A stretch of 64,000 nucleotides of DNA from Nitrosopumilus sp. Lineage in GTDB: Archaea > Thermoproteota > Nitrososphaeria > Nitrososphaerales > Nitrosopumilaceae. Below, one piece after another: positions 8,794-18,367 of the stretch. Positions within the stretch are counted from its first letter, which is position 1, and every line of letters starts with the position of its first letter. The notes under the pieces were generated by a model. The model did not search any database, was not told where the DNA came from, and saw only the letters and a list, made by a program, of their open reading frames with translations. The translations under genes and the position numbers were made by a program. The DNA lies in assembly GCA_003331425.1 (NCBI GenBank), contig QOOS01000005.1, positions 22,144 through 86,143 of the forward strand, given 5' to 3'.

Positions 8794-9636
8794 TTATCCA
8801 TATGATTCGTATTTGATACCATAACTACCGTCAGATTTCTTTTCATGTTCTGTTACGAAACCCTTTGGACCTAAATGATCAATTACACCATCAATAGTAC
8901 CTTGATATCCACAAATGTAGACGATTGTATTTTCAGGAGTTAATTCTTCTCCCACCATTTCTTCTACTGGTGACAATCCTGTTTTTTTGTCTGGTTTGAA
9001 AAATGACTCTACCCTACCCACATGACCATTCCATGATCTGTTGAAAAATTCTTTTGGTCTACTAATTGCTGCTCTATATCTAAAATTCCATTTATCTCTA
9101 CCATTTTTTTCACTTTCTAATTCCATATCTGTTAAGAGACGTTTGTAACTTAACTCATCAACATAACTTGCGCCATGCAATACAATAACCTCTCTTTTGT
9201 CATTTGTATCCTGAAAATGTTTTGCAAATGCAATGAATGGAGCTAAACCTGTTCCTCCACCTACACAAATTACTCTTCTGTTGTCTTGTTCACCATTATG
9301 TAATTTATCATTAATCAATAATGCAGCTCCTGTAGGATCACCTAAAGTTACTTCATCACCAACACTAAGATAAAATAATTCTGTTGTAACTCGTCCTGGA
9401 AGTGGTTTTCTTACCCATCTGATAACAAATTCAAAGTAATCTCTATTCTCAGCATGTGATGCAATAGAATATGCTCTTCTAACCACTTTTTTTTCTGCTG
9501 GTATTGGAAGACCAATTGTTAAAAATTGTCCAGTTTTGTACTCTGGCATCCCATTTTCTGGAACCAATCTAATGATCACTAGATCCTCTTTTAGTAGTTC
9601 TCTGTAGACAACTTTTGCCTTCATTTCAGTAACCAT
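8794..9636 (-). CDS. Ferredoxin--NADP(+) reductase (bacterial Fpr-type)
   Basis: RAYSIAS FAD motif, GGGTGLAPF, YICGY, C-terminal YESYG. Confidence 0.9.
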   Translation of the reverse strand: MVTEMKAKVVYRELLKEDLVIIRLVPENGMPEYKTGQFLTIGLPIPAEKKVVRRAYSIASHAENRDYFEFVIRWVRKPLPGRVTTELFYLSVGDEVTLGDPTGAALLINDKLHNGEQDNRRVICVGGGTGLAPFIAFAKHFQDTNDKREVIVLHGASYVDELSYKRLLTDMELESEKNGRDKWNFRYRAAISRPKEFFNRSWNGHVGRVESFFKPDKKTGLSPVEEMVGEELTPENTIVYICGYQGTIDGVIDHLGPKGFVTEHEKKSDGSYGIKYESYG

Positions 9637-9714
9637 TAACGAAGCATCCTGCTACTTTGGATAAATATATTTCTCTTACAAAGTAACTCTAGAGATCAGA
9701 TTATTACTAAAATT

Positions 9715-10518
9715 CTAATTAATTTGTGACATTATTTCATCAAGAATTTTTTGATTTGCTGCAGCAATAAATGAGACTCTTGTCTCATAACTTAGATCTG
9801 CATCAAGTGGATTCAAATCTGCATCCAATAATAAACCTCCAGCTTCTTTTACAATAATACATCCTGCAGCAATATCTTGAATTCTAATTTTATCTCTAAA
9901 GTCAATAAAAACATCCATCAAACCTCTTGCAAACAATGCCATTTCTAATGCATTGGCCCCAAAATGTCTGGTATGATTATGATTCTGAAATATTGGATAC
10001 ATTCGTTGCATTAATTCATTAGAGCCACCAGATGTGTTAATTCCAACAATTTTGTAAATTGGTTCTTTTTGTTGTACTTTGATTTGTTTTTCATTCAAAA
10101 ATGAACCCTTTCCTTTTGAAGCCCAATACATATCTCCATTTGTTAAATCTGTAATTACTCCATCTGTAATAGAACTAAGTTTATTTTCTGTTGCAAATGC
10201 TAATGAACTACAAAAAAATGGTACACCACGTACAGCATTTGCTGAACCGTCTATTGCATCCATTATGATGTAGCCTTTTGGATTATCTGATAATTCTACT
10301 CTACCACATTCTTCACCTAAAACAATACATTCAAAATTTATTTCTTTTAGATAATCCAAAACAGTTTGTTCAGCAGTGATGTCAATATTTCGTGAAATAT
10401 CTCCACCTGCACCTCTTCCAAAATCACCTGCAGCCTCTTCTGTCCCTGCAAGATCTTTTACATTTTTATAAATTCGATTTGATGCTTCACGAAGAATCTC
10501 TATAACTTCCACAATCAA
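9715..10518 (-). CDS. Bifunctional fructose-1,6-bisphosphatase/inositol monophosphatase (FIG superfamily)
   Basis: VLGEECG, MDAIDGSANA, IQDIAAG..IVKEAGG. Confidence 0.9.
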   Translation of the reverse strand: MIVEVIEILREASNRIYKNVKDLAGTEEAAGDFGRGAGGDISRNIDITAEQTVLDYLKEINFECIVLGEECGRVELSDNPKGYIIMDAIDGSANAVRGVPFFCSSLAFATENKLSSITDGVITDLTNGDMYWASKGKGSFLNEKQIKVQQKEPIYKIVGINTSGGSNELMQRMYPIFQNHNHTRHFGANALEMALFARGLMDVFIDFRDKIRIQDIAAGCIIVKEAGGLLLDADLNPLDADLSYETRVSFIAAANQKILDEIMSQIN

Positions 10519-10588
10519 TAATTCTTCTTTCGTAATTTAAGTGAAGAAAATTTTTCTTTTGAAAGCATAAATAACAACACATTGAATT

Positions 10589-11716
10589 GTGTGTGTGAGT
10601 GGAAAAGACGAATCTATTTTTAGTAAAGGTGCTTTAATGGGAACCAAACCTGGAAAACAAATCATTAAACAAGGTCTTTTCAAATCAAAGGGTTTCAAAT
10701 TATTCAATCAGTATAAACAAGAGGCTGAAGATACGTTTCCTGCATTTGCTCAAAGATTTGCAAAGAATCTATTTGATCAAATAAACGCTGATCAATCTCC
10801 AAATACAACACAACAACAATTTGCTGAAGAAGTAGGTTCAACTGAAATTATTTTGAATGCATCTGAAATTGAGCCTATAAAATCTAAATTACAAGATTTT
10901 GACACATTGCACGATAGGGTACTTAGAATTTTAAATTCAAATTTCGTTAAAATGACATTTCCTGTTTTTAATGGTCTTTTTGATGCATCTACAGATTATT
11001 TCAAAGATGATAAAAGTACTACAATGAGAGAAGATATTGTTGATGGTCATATTATTGCAATTGATCTTAGTGAACCAATGGATAGAATTGTAGACAAAGA
11101 TGAAGACTTGGAATATTTAGATGATTACAAATTGATGAATCCTTACATTTTGAAACTTGCAAGAGAAAAAATTTCAAAAGGTGGTGAAGATGTACTAAAA
11201 GAATTTGAAGAAGGTTTCAAACAAGCAAGAATTGGACAGTATCTTGATACAAAATTAAAAGATAAACCTACAGAAATCACAGAAGAAGAATTAATTGAAA
11301 GCTACAAAAAATATCGTTCTGTAATGGGAACTGCTGGTAGAAACATGGCTTTGAATCGTGCACCTCTAGCTGATATTTTCTACACTGGAATGGCAAAAGC
11401 TGCTGAATCTGTAGGATGTGGAAATGAAATTGAAGATAGTATTAGAGATAGGGCTGCAAAAATTCCTTCTTGGCCATTATTTTATTCATTAAAAATGAAT
11501 GATGCAAAAAGTGGATTTGAAGAAACAATGAATCATAGTGAATCTTATTTGAGTGAAGCAAGAGATGCTTTAGAAAAATTGCCTGATAATTTTTCACATA
11601 CAAAATTCTTAGAATTTCTATTCCTTACTGTAGAACATTATAATCAATTCTGGTATAAGAAATTACAAGAAGAAAACATCTGGTCAGATTTGAACAAAAA
11701 TCTTCCAACCAAGTGA
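10589..11716 (+). CDS. Hypothetical protein with divergent class I isoprenoid-synthase-like motifs
   Basis: 375-aa helical ORF (alternative start ATG 10637); MDRIVDKD, IGQYLD, GCGNEIEDSIRD and KIPSWPLFYSL occur in prenyltransferase order; the fold call is inference. Confidence 0.7.
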   Translation: MCVSGKDESIFSKGALMGTKPGKQIIKQGLFKSKGFKLFNQYKQEAEDTFPAFAQRFAKNLFDQINADQSPNTTQQQFAEEVGSTEIILNASEIEPIKSKLQDFDTLHDRVLRILNSNFVKMTFPVFNGLFDASTDYFKDDKSTTMREDIVDGHIIAIDLSEPMDRIVDKDEDLEYLDDYKLMNPYILKLAREKISKGGEDVLKEFEEGFKQARIGQYLDTKLKDKPTEITEEELIESYKKYRSVMGTAGRNMALNRAPLADIFYTGMAKAAESVGCGNEIEDSIRDRAAKIPSWPLFYSLKMNDAKSGFEETMNHSESYLSEARDALEKLPDNFSHTKFLEFLFLTVEHYNQFWYKKLQEENIWSDLNKNLPTK

Positions 11717-12882
11717 TAAAATTGATGTGGTCTGAAAAATATCGACCCCAGAATATTTCTGATATGGTGGGTAATGAAGAACCCCGTGAAGCAATAATCA
11801 AATGGTTTGCAAAATGGAAAAAGGGTACAAAACCTCTTTTGATAATTGGACCTCCTGGAATTGGAAAGACTACTATCGCATATCTTTTAGCTAAACAATT
11901 TGGTTATGATATGATCGGACTTAATGCTAGTGATGTGCGTAGTAAATCTAGAATTAATGAAATTCTCACTCCTGTTTTAGGTAATGTCAGTGTTTTGGGA
12001 ACTCCTATGATTTTTGTTGATGAGGTTGACGGAATTCATGGTCGTGGAGATTATGGTGGTGCTTCTGCACTAGTTGATATTTTGAAGAAACCAAATGTTC
12101 CAATTTTACTTGCTGCTAACTATGATGATTCAGATAAAATGAAGAGTATAAAAAAAGCAGTAACAACAATATCATTTAAAAAAATCCCACCAAGATTGTT
12201 GCGAGTATATTTGGATAATATTTTAAAAAAAGAAAATGAAAAACTTAGTCCTGGTTCTTTAATCAAAGTAATTGATAAATCTAAAGGTGATATTCGTTCT
12301 ATGATTAATCTCACTCAATCTTTGATTACTGGATTTAATCCACAAACTGCATCTTCTTTTGAAACTATTAACATTGAAGATGGAGTGAATGCATTTTTCA
12401 AAGCAAATTCTATTGAAGAAGCTCGTGGTGTTTTATATTCAATACAAATTGATCCCAGAGAAAAAATTAATGCATTTTATTCAAGTGTAATTACTAGTGA
12501 TTTAGATAGTGATTCCCTCGCAAAATATTTAGAAATTATTTCCAACGCTGATATGTTATTTGGAAAAATTATGAAAACTCAAAATTGGAGATTATTACGT
12601 TATCTTAATGATATTTTAATTAATTTGTATCAAAAAGATGATAGAATTAGATATTCAAAATATAATTTATCCTGGCCTGTTCTTAACAGAATTCGGTGGG
12701 ATGGTGCAAAAATTAAATCATTGTCTTCAGTAATGTCTAAAAAATTACATCTATCATCTAGTGCATTTGTTACAATATGTTTACCATACGTTTTATTTTG
12801 TATAAAAAATAAAACATTGGAATTAGAATTAGAAGAAACCTTTGGTGATATTATTGATAAGGAGATTGAAATGTTACAATGA
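11713..12882 (+). CDS. rfcL: Replication factor C large subunit
   Basis: WSEKYRP (RFC box II), GPPGIGKT Walker A, LNASDVR, FVDEVDG, GDIRSMIN. Confidence 0.92.
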   Translation: MIKLMWSEKYRPQNISDMVGNEEPREAIIKWFAKWKKGTKPLLIIGPPGIGKTTIAYLLAKQFGYDMIGLNASDVRSKSRINEILTPVLGNVSVLGTPMIFVDEVDGIHGRGDYGGASALVDILKKPNVPILLAANYDDSDKMKSIKKAVTTISFKKIPPRLLRVYLDNILKKENEKLSPGSLIKVIDKSKGDIRSMINLTQSLITGFNPQTASSFETINIEDGVNAFFKANSIEEARGVLYSIQIDPREKINAFYSSVITSDLDSDSLAKYLEIISNADMLFGKIMKTQNWRLLRYLNDILINLYQKDDRIRYSKYNLSWPVLNRIRWDGAKIKSLSSVMSKKLHLSSSAFVTICLPYVLFCIKNKTLELELEETFGDIIDKEIEMLQ

Positions 12883-13190
12883 GCTGGATCAAAATTCCTA
12901 TGAAATTCCCTGGAACTTGTATTGTTTGTAATGACAAAATTGAAATTAATGAAATTGGATTATGGTCAAAGGGTGTAGGTGTGAAGCATGAAAAATGTGC
13001 TCAAACTAATGAATTACAATGTATTGTATGTGGTTCCCCTGCTGGATGTTCCCAATGTGAATTTCAAGATATTTGTGATATTCCAAATGTTTCTCAGTTA
13101 TGTATATGCAAGAAATGTAGTGATGAAAAAGATGCTTTTAATTCATACCAAAAATCATCTCACAAGAAATTTTCAATTATTAATTCTTGA
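12879..13190 (+). CDS. Small Cys-rich zinc-binding protein
   Basis: 11 Cys in 103 aa (CxxC..HxxC, CxxC, CxxC, CxCxxC); ATGA overlap with rfcL stop. Confidence 0.75.
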   Translation: MSWIKIPMKFPGTCIVCNDKIEINEIGLWSKGVGVKHEKCAQTNELQCIVCGSPAGCSQCEFQDICDIPNVSQLCICKKCSDEKDAFNSYQKSSHKKFSIINS

Positions 13191-13250
13191 TTTTTTGTCT
13201 TTAGATCTACATTTTTGATAGATTTTCATGATTTCAAATTAGATTAATAT

Positions 13251-14825
13251 ATGAAAACTTTTGATTCTAATCAAATAATGCATTCTGAGAAGATCGATGA
13301 ATATACAAAAAACAAAAACACTGCATTACAAGGCGGTGGTCAAGAACGTATTTCATCTCAGCATGAAAAAGGCAAATTAACTGCTCGTGAAAGAATAGAT
13401 CTACTTCTTGATGAAGGTACTTTTGTTGAAGTAGATCCAATGACTACCCATCATTATTATGAATATGATATGCAAAAAAAGAAATTTTTTACTGATGGTG
13501 TAATAGGCGGATATGGCAATGTTTCAGGTCGTCAAATCTTTGTTTTTGCATATGATTTCACTGTTTTAGGTGGAACATTAAGTCAGATGGGAGCTAAAAA
13601 AATTACTAAATTAATGGATCATGCAGTAAGAACTGGATGTCCAATTATTGGAATTATGGATTCTGGCGGTGCTAGAATACAAGAAGGAATTATGAGTTTA
13701 GACGGATTTGCAGATATATTTTATCATAATCAATTAGCTTCTGGAGTTATTCCACAGATTACTGCAAGTGTTGGTCCATCTGCAGGTGGTTCAGTATATT
13801 CACCTGCAATGACTGATTTTGTTATTATGGTAGAAAAAATTGGAAGTATGTTTGTAACTGGACCTGATGTTGTCAAAACTGTATTAGGTGAAGAAATCTC
13901 TTTTGAAGACCTTGGTGGTGCTAATACCCATGGAACAAAAAGTGGTGTTGCACATTTTGTTGCAGAAAATGAATACGAATGTATGGATTATATTAAAAAA
14001 TTAATTTCCTTTTTACCTCAAAATAATACTGAACAACCACCTAAAGTTTCAACTGATGATGATCCAAATAGATTGGATAACAATTTAATCAACATCATGC
14101 CAGAGAATCCTTTACAACCATACGACATGAAAGAAATTATTAATTCAATTGTTGATGATCATGAATTCTTTGAGGTTCATGAATTATTTGCACCAAATAT
14201 TATAGTTGGATATGGCAGACTAAATGGCAATGTTGTTGGAATTGTAGCTAATCAACCAATGCATCTTGCAGGTGCATTAGATATTGATTCATCAAATAAG
14301 GCTTCACGTTTTATTCGATTTTGTGATTCCTTTAATATTCCAATAATTACTTTAGTTGATACACCAGGTTACATGCCAGGTTCAAATCAAGAACATAATG
14401 GAATTATTAGACATGGAAGTAAATTGCTCTATGCATATTGTGAAGCAACTGTTCCAAGAATTACTTTAGTTATCGGTAAAGCATATGGTGGTGCATACAT
14501 TGCAATGGGAAGTAAAAATCTTAGAACTGATATTAATTATGCATGGCCTACAGCTAAATGTGCTGTTTTGGGTGGTGAAGCAGCTGTAAAAATCATGAAT
14601 AGAAAAGATCTTGCTGCTTCAGATGATCCTGAATCTCTTAAAAAACAACTTGTAGATGAATTTGCAGAGAAATTTGAAAATCCATATGTTGCTGCATCTC
14701 ATGGAACAGTTGATAATGTAATTAATCCTGCTGAAACCAGACCTATGTTGATTAAAGCATTAGAAATGCTTGCAAATAAAAGAGAAAAACAATTACCTAG
14801 AAAACATGGAAATATCAATTTGTGA
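13251..14825 (+). CDS. pccB: Acetyl-CoA/propionyl-CoA carboxylase, carboxyltransferase subunit (3HP/4HB cycle)
   Basis: GKLTARERI, DSGGARIQEG, FVTGPDVV, DTPGYMPG, KAYGGAY. Confidence 0.95.
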   Translation: MKTFDSNQIMHSEKIDEYTKNKNTALQGGGQERISSQHEKGKLTARERIDLLLDEGTFVEVDPMTTHHYYEYDMQKKKFFTDGVIGGYGNVSGRQIFVFAYDFTVLGGTLSQMGAKKITKLMDHAVRTGCPIIGIMDSGGARIQEGIMSLDGFADIFYHNQLASGVIPQITASVGPSAGGSVYSPAMTDFVIMVEKIGSMFVTGPDVVKTVLGEEISFEDLGGANTHGTKSGVAHFVAENEYECMDYIKKLISFLPQNNTEQPPKVSTDDDPNRLDNNLINIMPENPLQPYDMKEIINSIVDDHEFFEVHELFAPNIIVGYGRLNGNVVGIVANQPMHLAGALDIDSSNKASRFIRFCDSFNIPIITLVDTPGYMPGSNQEHNGIIRHGSKLLYAYCEATVPRITLVIGKAYGGAYIAMGSKNLRTDINYAWPTAKCAVLGGEAAVKIMNRKDLAASDDPESLKKQLVDEFAEKFENPYVAASHGTVDNVINPAETRPMLIKALEMLANKREKQLPRKHGNINL

Positions 14826-14831
14826 TTAAAG

Positions 14832-16319
14832 ATGATTGAGAAAGTACTTATCGCTAACAGAGGAGAAATTGCTTTACGTGTAATTCGAACTTGTAAGGCA
14901 CTTGGAATCAAAACAGTTGCTGTATACTCTGATGAAGACACAAATTCAATGCATGTAAAACAAGCAACTGAAGCATATCATATTGGTGAAGCTGCACCTG
15001 CAAAATCATATCTTAATCAAGAAAAAATTCTAGATGTAATGTTATCATCTGGTGCAGATGCTGTACACCCTGGTTATGGTTTCCTTTCTGAAAATGATGA
15101 TTTTGCTAGATTATGTGAGAAAAATAAAATTACATTTATTGGCCCATCTGCAGATTCAATGAATCTTTGTGGTGATAAGATGGAATGTAAGGCTGCAATG
15201 TTAAAAGCTGAAGTTCCAACTGTCCCTGGAAGTCCTGGCTTAGTAAAGGATGCAGAAGATGCAGCAAAAGTTGCAAATGATATTGGATACCCTGTTATGT
15301 TAAAATCAGTTTATGGTGGTGGAGGTCGTGGAATTAGAATTGTAACAAATGACAAAGAATTACACGACGGTTTTGAAACAGTAACCTCTGAATCTATTGC
15401 AGCTGTTGGAAAGTCTGCAATTATTGTTGAGAAATTCTTGGAAAAAACAAGACACATCGAATATCAAATGTGTAGAGATCATCATGGAAATTCAGTACAT
15501 CTCTTTGAGAGAGAATGTTCTATTCAAAGAAGAAATCAAAAATTGATTGAACAAACACCTTCTCCTGTGGTAGATGATGCAAAAAGAGAAGAAATTGGTG
15601 AAATAGTTGTTAGAGCAGCAGAGGCAGTTGATTATACTAATCTAGGAACTGCAGAATTTTTGAGAGCAGATAATGGAGAATTTTATTTTATTGAGATTAA
15701 TGCAAGACTTCAAGTCGAACATCCAATCAGTGAAATGGTTTCGGGATTAGATTTTGTTAAATTACAAATTGATATTGCAAATGGAGAACCACTTCCATTC
15801 AAACAAAAGGATCTAAAGATGAATGGTTATGCAATTGAATGTAGAATTAATGCTGAGGATACATTTTTGGACTTTGCACCTTCAACAGGACCTGTTCCAG
15901 ATGTTACAATTCCTTCAGGACCTAATGTTAGATGTGATACTTATCTTTATCCTGGATGCACTGTTTCACCATTTTATGATTCACTAATGGCAAAACTCTG
16001 TACATGGGGACCAACATTTGATGAATCTAGAACTAGAATGCTCACTGCATTAAATGATATGTATGTTGAAGGTGTTGAAACTTCTATTCCTCTTTACAAA
16101 ACAATTCTTAATTCTGAAGAATACAAAAAAGGAGAATTGTCAACAGACTTTTTGAAACGTTATGGTATGATTGATAAATTAACCGAAGATCTTAAACAAG
16201 AAAAAGAAAATAAAACTGATGCCGCATTAGCTGCTGCAATTATTCATTCTGAATACTTTAAGAGCCAAGTACAAAATAACTCTAACAATAGCGCAAACTG
16301 GAAAAATAAACTGGACTGA
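14832..16319 (+). CDS. accC: Acetyl-CoA/propionyl-CoA carboxylase, biotin carboxylase subunit
   Basis: KVLIANRGEIA, HPGYGFLSEN, GGGGRG, ECSIQRRNQK, RLQVEH. Confidence 0.97.
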   Translation: MIEKVLIANRGEIALRVIRTCKALGIKTVAVYSDEDTNSMHVKQATEAYHIGEAAPAKSYLNQEKILDVMLSSGADAVHPGYGFLSENDDFARLCEKNKITFIGPSADSMNLCGDKMECKAAMLKAEVPTVPGSPGLVKDAEDAAKVANDIGYPVMLKSVYGGGGRGIRIVTNDKELHDGFETVTSESIAAVGKSAIIVEKFLEKTRHIEYQMCRDHHGNSVHLFERECSIQRRNQKLIEQTPSPVVDDAKREEIGEIVVRAAEAVDYTNLGTAEFLRADNGEFYFIEINARLQVEHPISEMVSGLDFVKLQIDIANGEPLPFKQKDLKMNGYAIECRINAEDTFLDFAPSTGPVPDVTIPSGPNVRCDTYLYPGCTVSPFYDSLMAKLCTWGPTFDESRTRMLTALNDMYVEGVETSIPLYKTILNSEEYKKGELSTDFLKRYGMIDKLTEDLKQEKENKTDAALAAAIIHSEYFKSQVQNNSNNSANWKNKLD

Positions 16320-16324
16320 TAGAT

Positions 16325-16840
16325 ATGACTAATTTTAAAATCCAAGAAATTGAAAAATCCTTTGATGGAAAAATTATAGAAAATCTCGGTGATAATGACT
16401 ACATAATCAAAATTAATGACAATGAACATAAATTAAAAATAATTAGTATGAATTCACGTGGAATAGAATTTATCTTAAATCAACAATACCACAAGGCAAA
16501 ATATCTTGAACAATCCACAAATGAAATGAATATTGTTATAGATAATGTACCAATGATTATCAATCTACATACTCATTATGATAAAGTTGTTTACAAAAAT
16601 TCTGGTGGAAGTAGTTCTGGTGGAGCACAAATAGCATTAAAAAGTCAAATTCCTGGTAAAGTCGTTTCAATTTCAGTTGAACATGGGGATTCAGTAAAGA
16701 AAGGTGATGTTGTTTGTACTTTGGAGTCTATGAAAATGCAAGTTGCAGTTAAAGCACACAAAGATGGAGTTATCCGAAATATTAAAGCTAAAGAAGGTGC
16801 ATCTGTTGCAAAAGGCGATATAATTTCAGATATAGAATAA
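16325..16840 (+). CDS. accB: Biotin carboxyl carrier protein
   Basis: LESMKMQ biotinylation motif in C-terminal lipoyl/biotinyl domain. Confidence 0.93.
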   Translation: MTNFKIQEIEKSFDGKIIENLGDNDYIIKINDNEHKLKIISMNSRGIEFILNQQYHKAKYLEQSTNEMNIVIDNVPMIINLHTHYDKVVYKNSGGSSSGGAQIALKSQIPGKVVSISVEHGDSVKKGDVVCTLESMKMQVAVKAHKDGVIRNIKAKEGASVAKGDIISDIE

Positions 16841-16850
16841 AAAAATTATT

Positions 16851-17315
16851 TTATTTTAAAAAGTTTTTAATTTCTTCGTAATTTGGTTCTTTTAATGGAT
16901 CTTCTGATACCCATTTGTATCCAATTTTCCCATCTTCCATAATTATGAATACTGAACGTTTTGCCGCATTGTAGTCTTTGATGTGTAATAGATCTTTTAG
17001 TAAGATATCATACTCTTTGATTGTTTTACTTGTATAATCTCCTAATAATGGAAAATTGAAATTATGTTTCTCTGCAAATGCTTTATTTGCAAAGGGTCCA
17101 TCATTACTGATTGAAATTATTTGTGCACCCATATCTGAAATTTCTTTCCATGAATCTCTGAATGTGCATAATTCAACCTCACATACTGGTGAACTTGCTG
17201 CTACAATGAATGATAATACGATCTTTTTACCCTTAAATTCTTCTAAAGTCCTCATTTTTAATTCTGTATCAGGGAGTTCAAAATTTGGAGCAAGATCGCC
17301 TACATTCAATACCAT
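16851..17315 (-). CDS. bcp: Peroxiredoxin (BCP/PrxQ type)
   Basis: APNFELPD, SPVCEVELC (CxxxxC), ISNDGPF, AKRSVFI. Confidence 0.88.
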   Translation of the reverse strand: MVLNVGDLAPNFELPDTELKMRTLEEFKGKKIVLSFIVAASSPVCEVELCTFRDSWKEISDMGAQIISISNDGPFANKAFAEKHNFNFPLLGDYTSKTIKEYDILLKDLLHIKDYNAAKRSVFIIMEDGKIGYKWVSEDPLKEPNYEEIKNFLK

Positions 17316-17415
17316 GATCGGACATTTACTATATCCTATTAATTACTTTTCAAATTCTTCATTTCCAAAAACCCGATCGAAAAAGGAGGCATATCTTATT
17401 ATATAAAAGTCAGAA

Positions 17416-17802
17416 ATGAAAATTAAATTGGTCGGAGAAATAGCGGGCAATTACAGCACCGTAGTATTGATGTTTGGCTTTGCCGTAGTAGCAATGGCAC
17501 CCGCATTATTGATTTCTCGAATGATTTCACCTCGTAAAAAGAGTAATCCTGTAAAATTTTTGCCAATGGAATGTGGACAAGTTCCTAGTGGTGAAGGTAG
17601 AACTCATTTTATGATGCAGTATTACCCGTACATTTTGATGTTCGTAATTTTTGATGTAGTTGCAATTTTCTTATATGCTTGGGGTAGTGCACTTTTGGAA
17701 CTTCCAAAAAGTGCAACTTTACCAATGATAGGATTCTTAGCAATTATGTTCGGTGCAATGTCTTTTGCACTTTACCAGTCTGGGAGAAGAAGAATTTGGT
17801 AG
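17416..17802 (+). CDS. nuoA: NADH-quinone oxidoreductase subunit A
   Basis: PMECG, FVIFDV three-TM pattern; true start may be TTG 17428. Confidence 0.93.
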   Translation: MKIKLVGEIAGNYSTVVLMFGFAVVAMAPALLISRMISPRKKSNPVKFLPMECGQVPSGEGRTHFMMQYYPYILMFVIFDVVAIFLYAWGSALLELPKSATLPMIGFLAIMFGAMSFALYQSGRRRIW

Positions 17803-17830
17803 TTATTTATACAAATGATGCTAATGGGGG

Positions 17831-18367
17831 TTGGGAATAAAATTGCTTAAAGATCTAGTAACACCAGAAAATGCAAATGTCTTCATTGGAAAACTTGGAG
17901 ATATTTTAGAAAAAGCAATTGACAAACCATTGGGCTATGCTATCAATTGGGGTAGAATTTGGTCACTTTGGCCTGTGCATATTGAAACAGCTTGTTGTAG
18001 TGTTGAGTTTGGTGCAGCATCAAGTCCTAGATACGATGTTGAAAGATTTGGTATCATTGAAGCATTTGGATCACTAAGACAATGTGATCTTATTGTTGTA
18101 CAAGGTACCATTACACGAAAAATGGCTCCACGTTTAAGATTAGTTTATGATCAAATGCCAGAACCAAAATATGTGATTGCTATGGGAGCTTGTGCAATTA
18201 CTGGAGGATTGTATTTTGATTCATACAATGTACTTCCAGGAATTGATGGAGTTCTTCCAGTTGATGTCTATGTTCCGGGTTGCCCACCTAGACCTGAAAC
18301 TCTCATACAAGGATGTATTTTGTTACAAGAAAAAATTAAGAGAATGAAGGCTAGGAAGTTTGTATAA
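17831..18367 (+). CDS. nuoB: NADH-quinone oxidoreductase subunit B
   Basis: TACCSVE, GACAITGG, VPGCPP (cluster N2); likely start TTG 17843. Confidence 0.96.
   Translation: MGIKLLKDLVTPENANVFIGKLGDILEKAIDKPLGYAINWGRIWSLWPVHIETACCSVEFGAASSPRYDVERFGIIEAFGSLRQCDLIVVQGTITRKMAPRLRLVYDQMPEPKYVIAMGACAITGGLYFDSYNVLPGIDGVLPVDVYVPGCPPRPETLIQGCILLQEKIKRMKARKFV

Noticed and set aside
12988-13218. 76-aa ORF overlapping the Cys-rich gene
   Set aside because: Alternate frame of 12879-13190, which has the coherent Cys pattern and start-stop coupling.
17434-17442. GGAG followed by ATA as a possible non-AUG start of nuoA
   Set aside because: An in-frame TTG at 17428, at a suitable distance from the TATA element, explains the N-terminus more simply.
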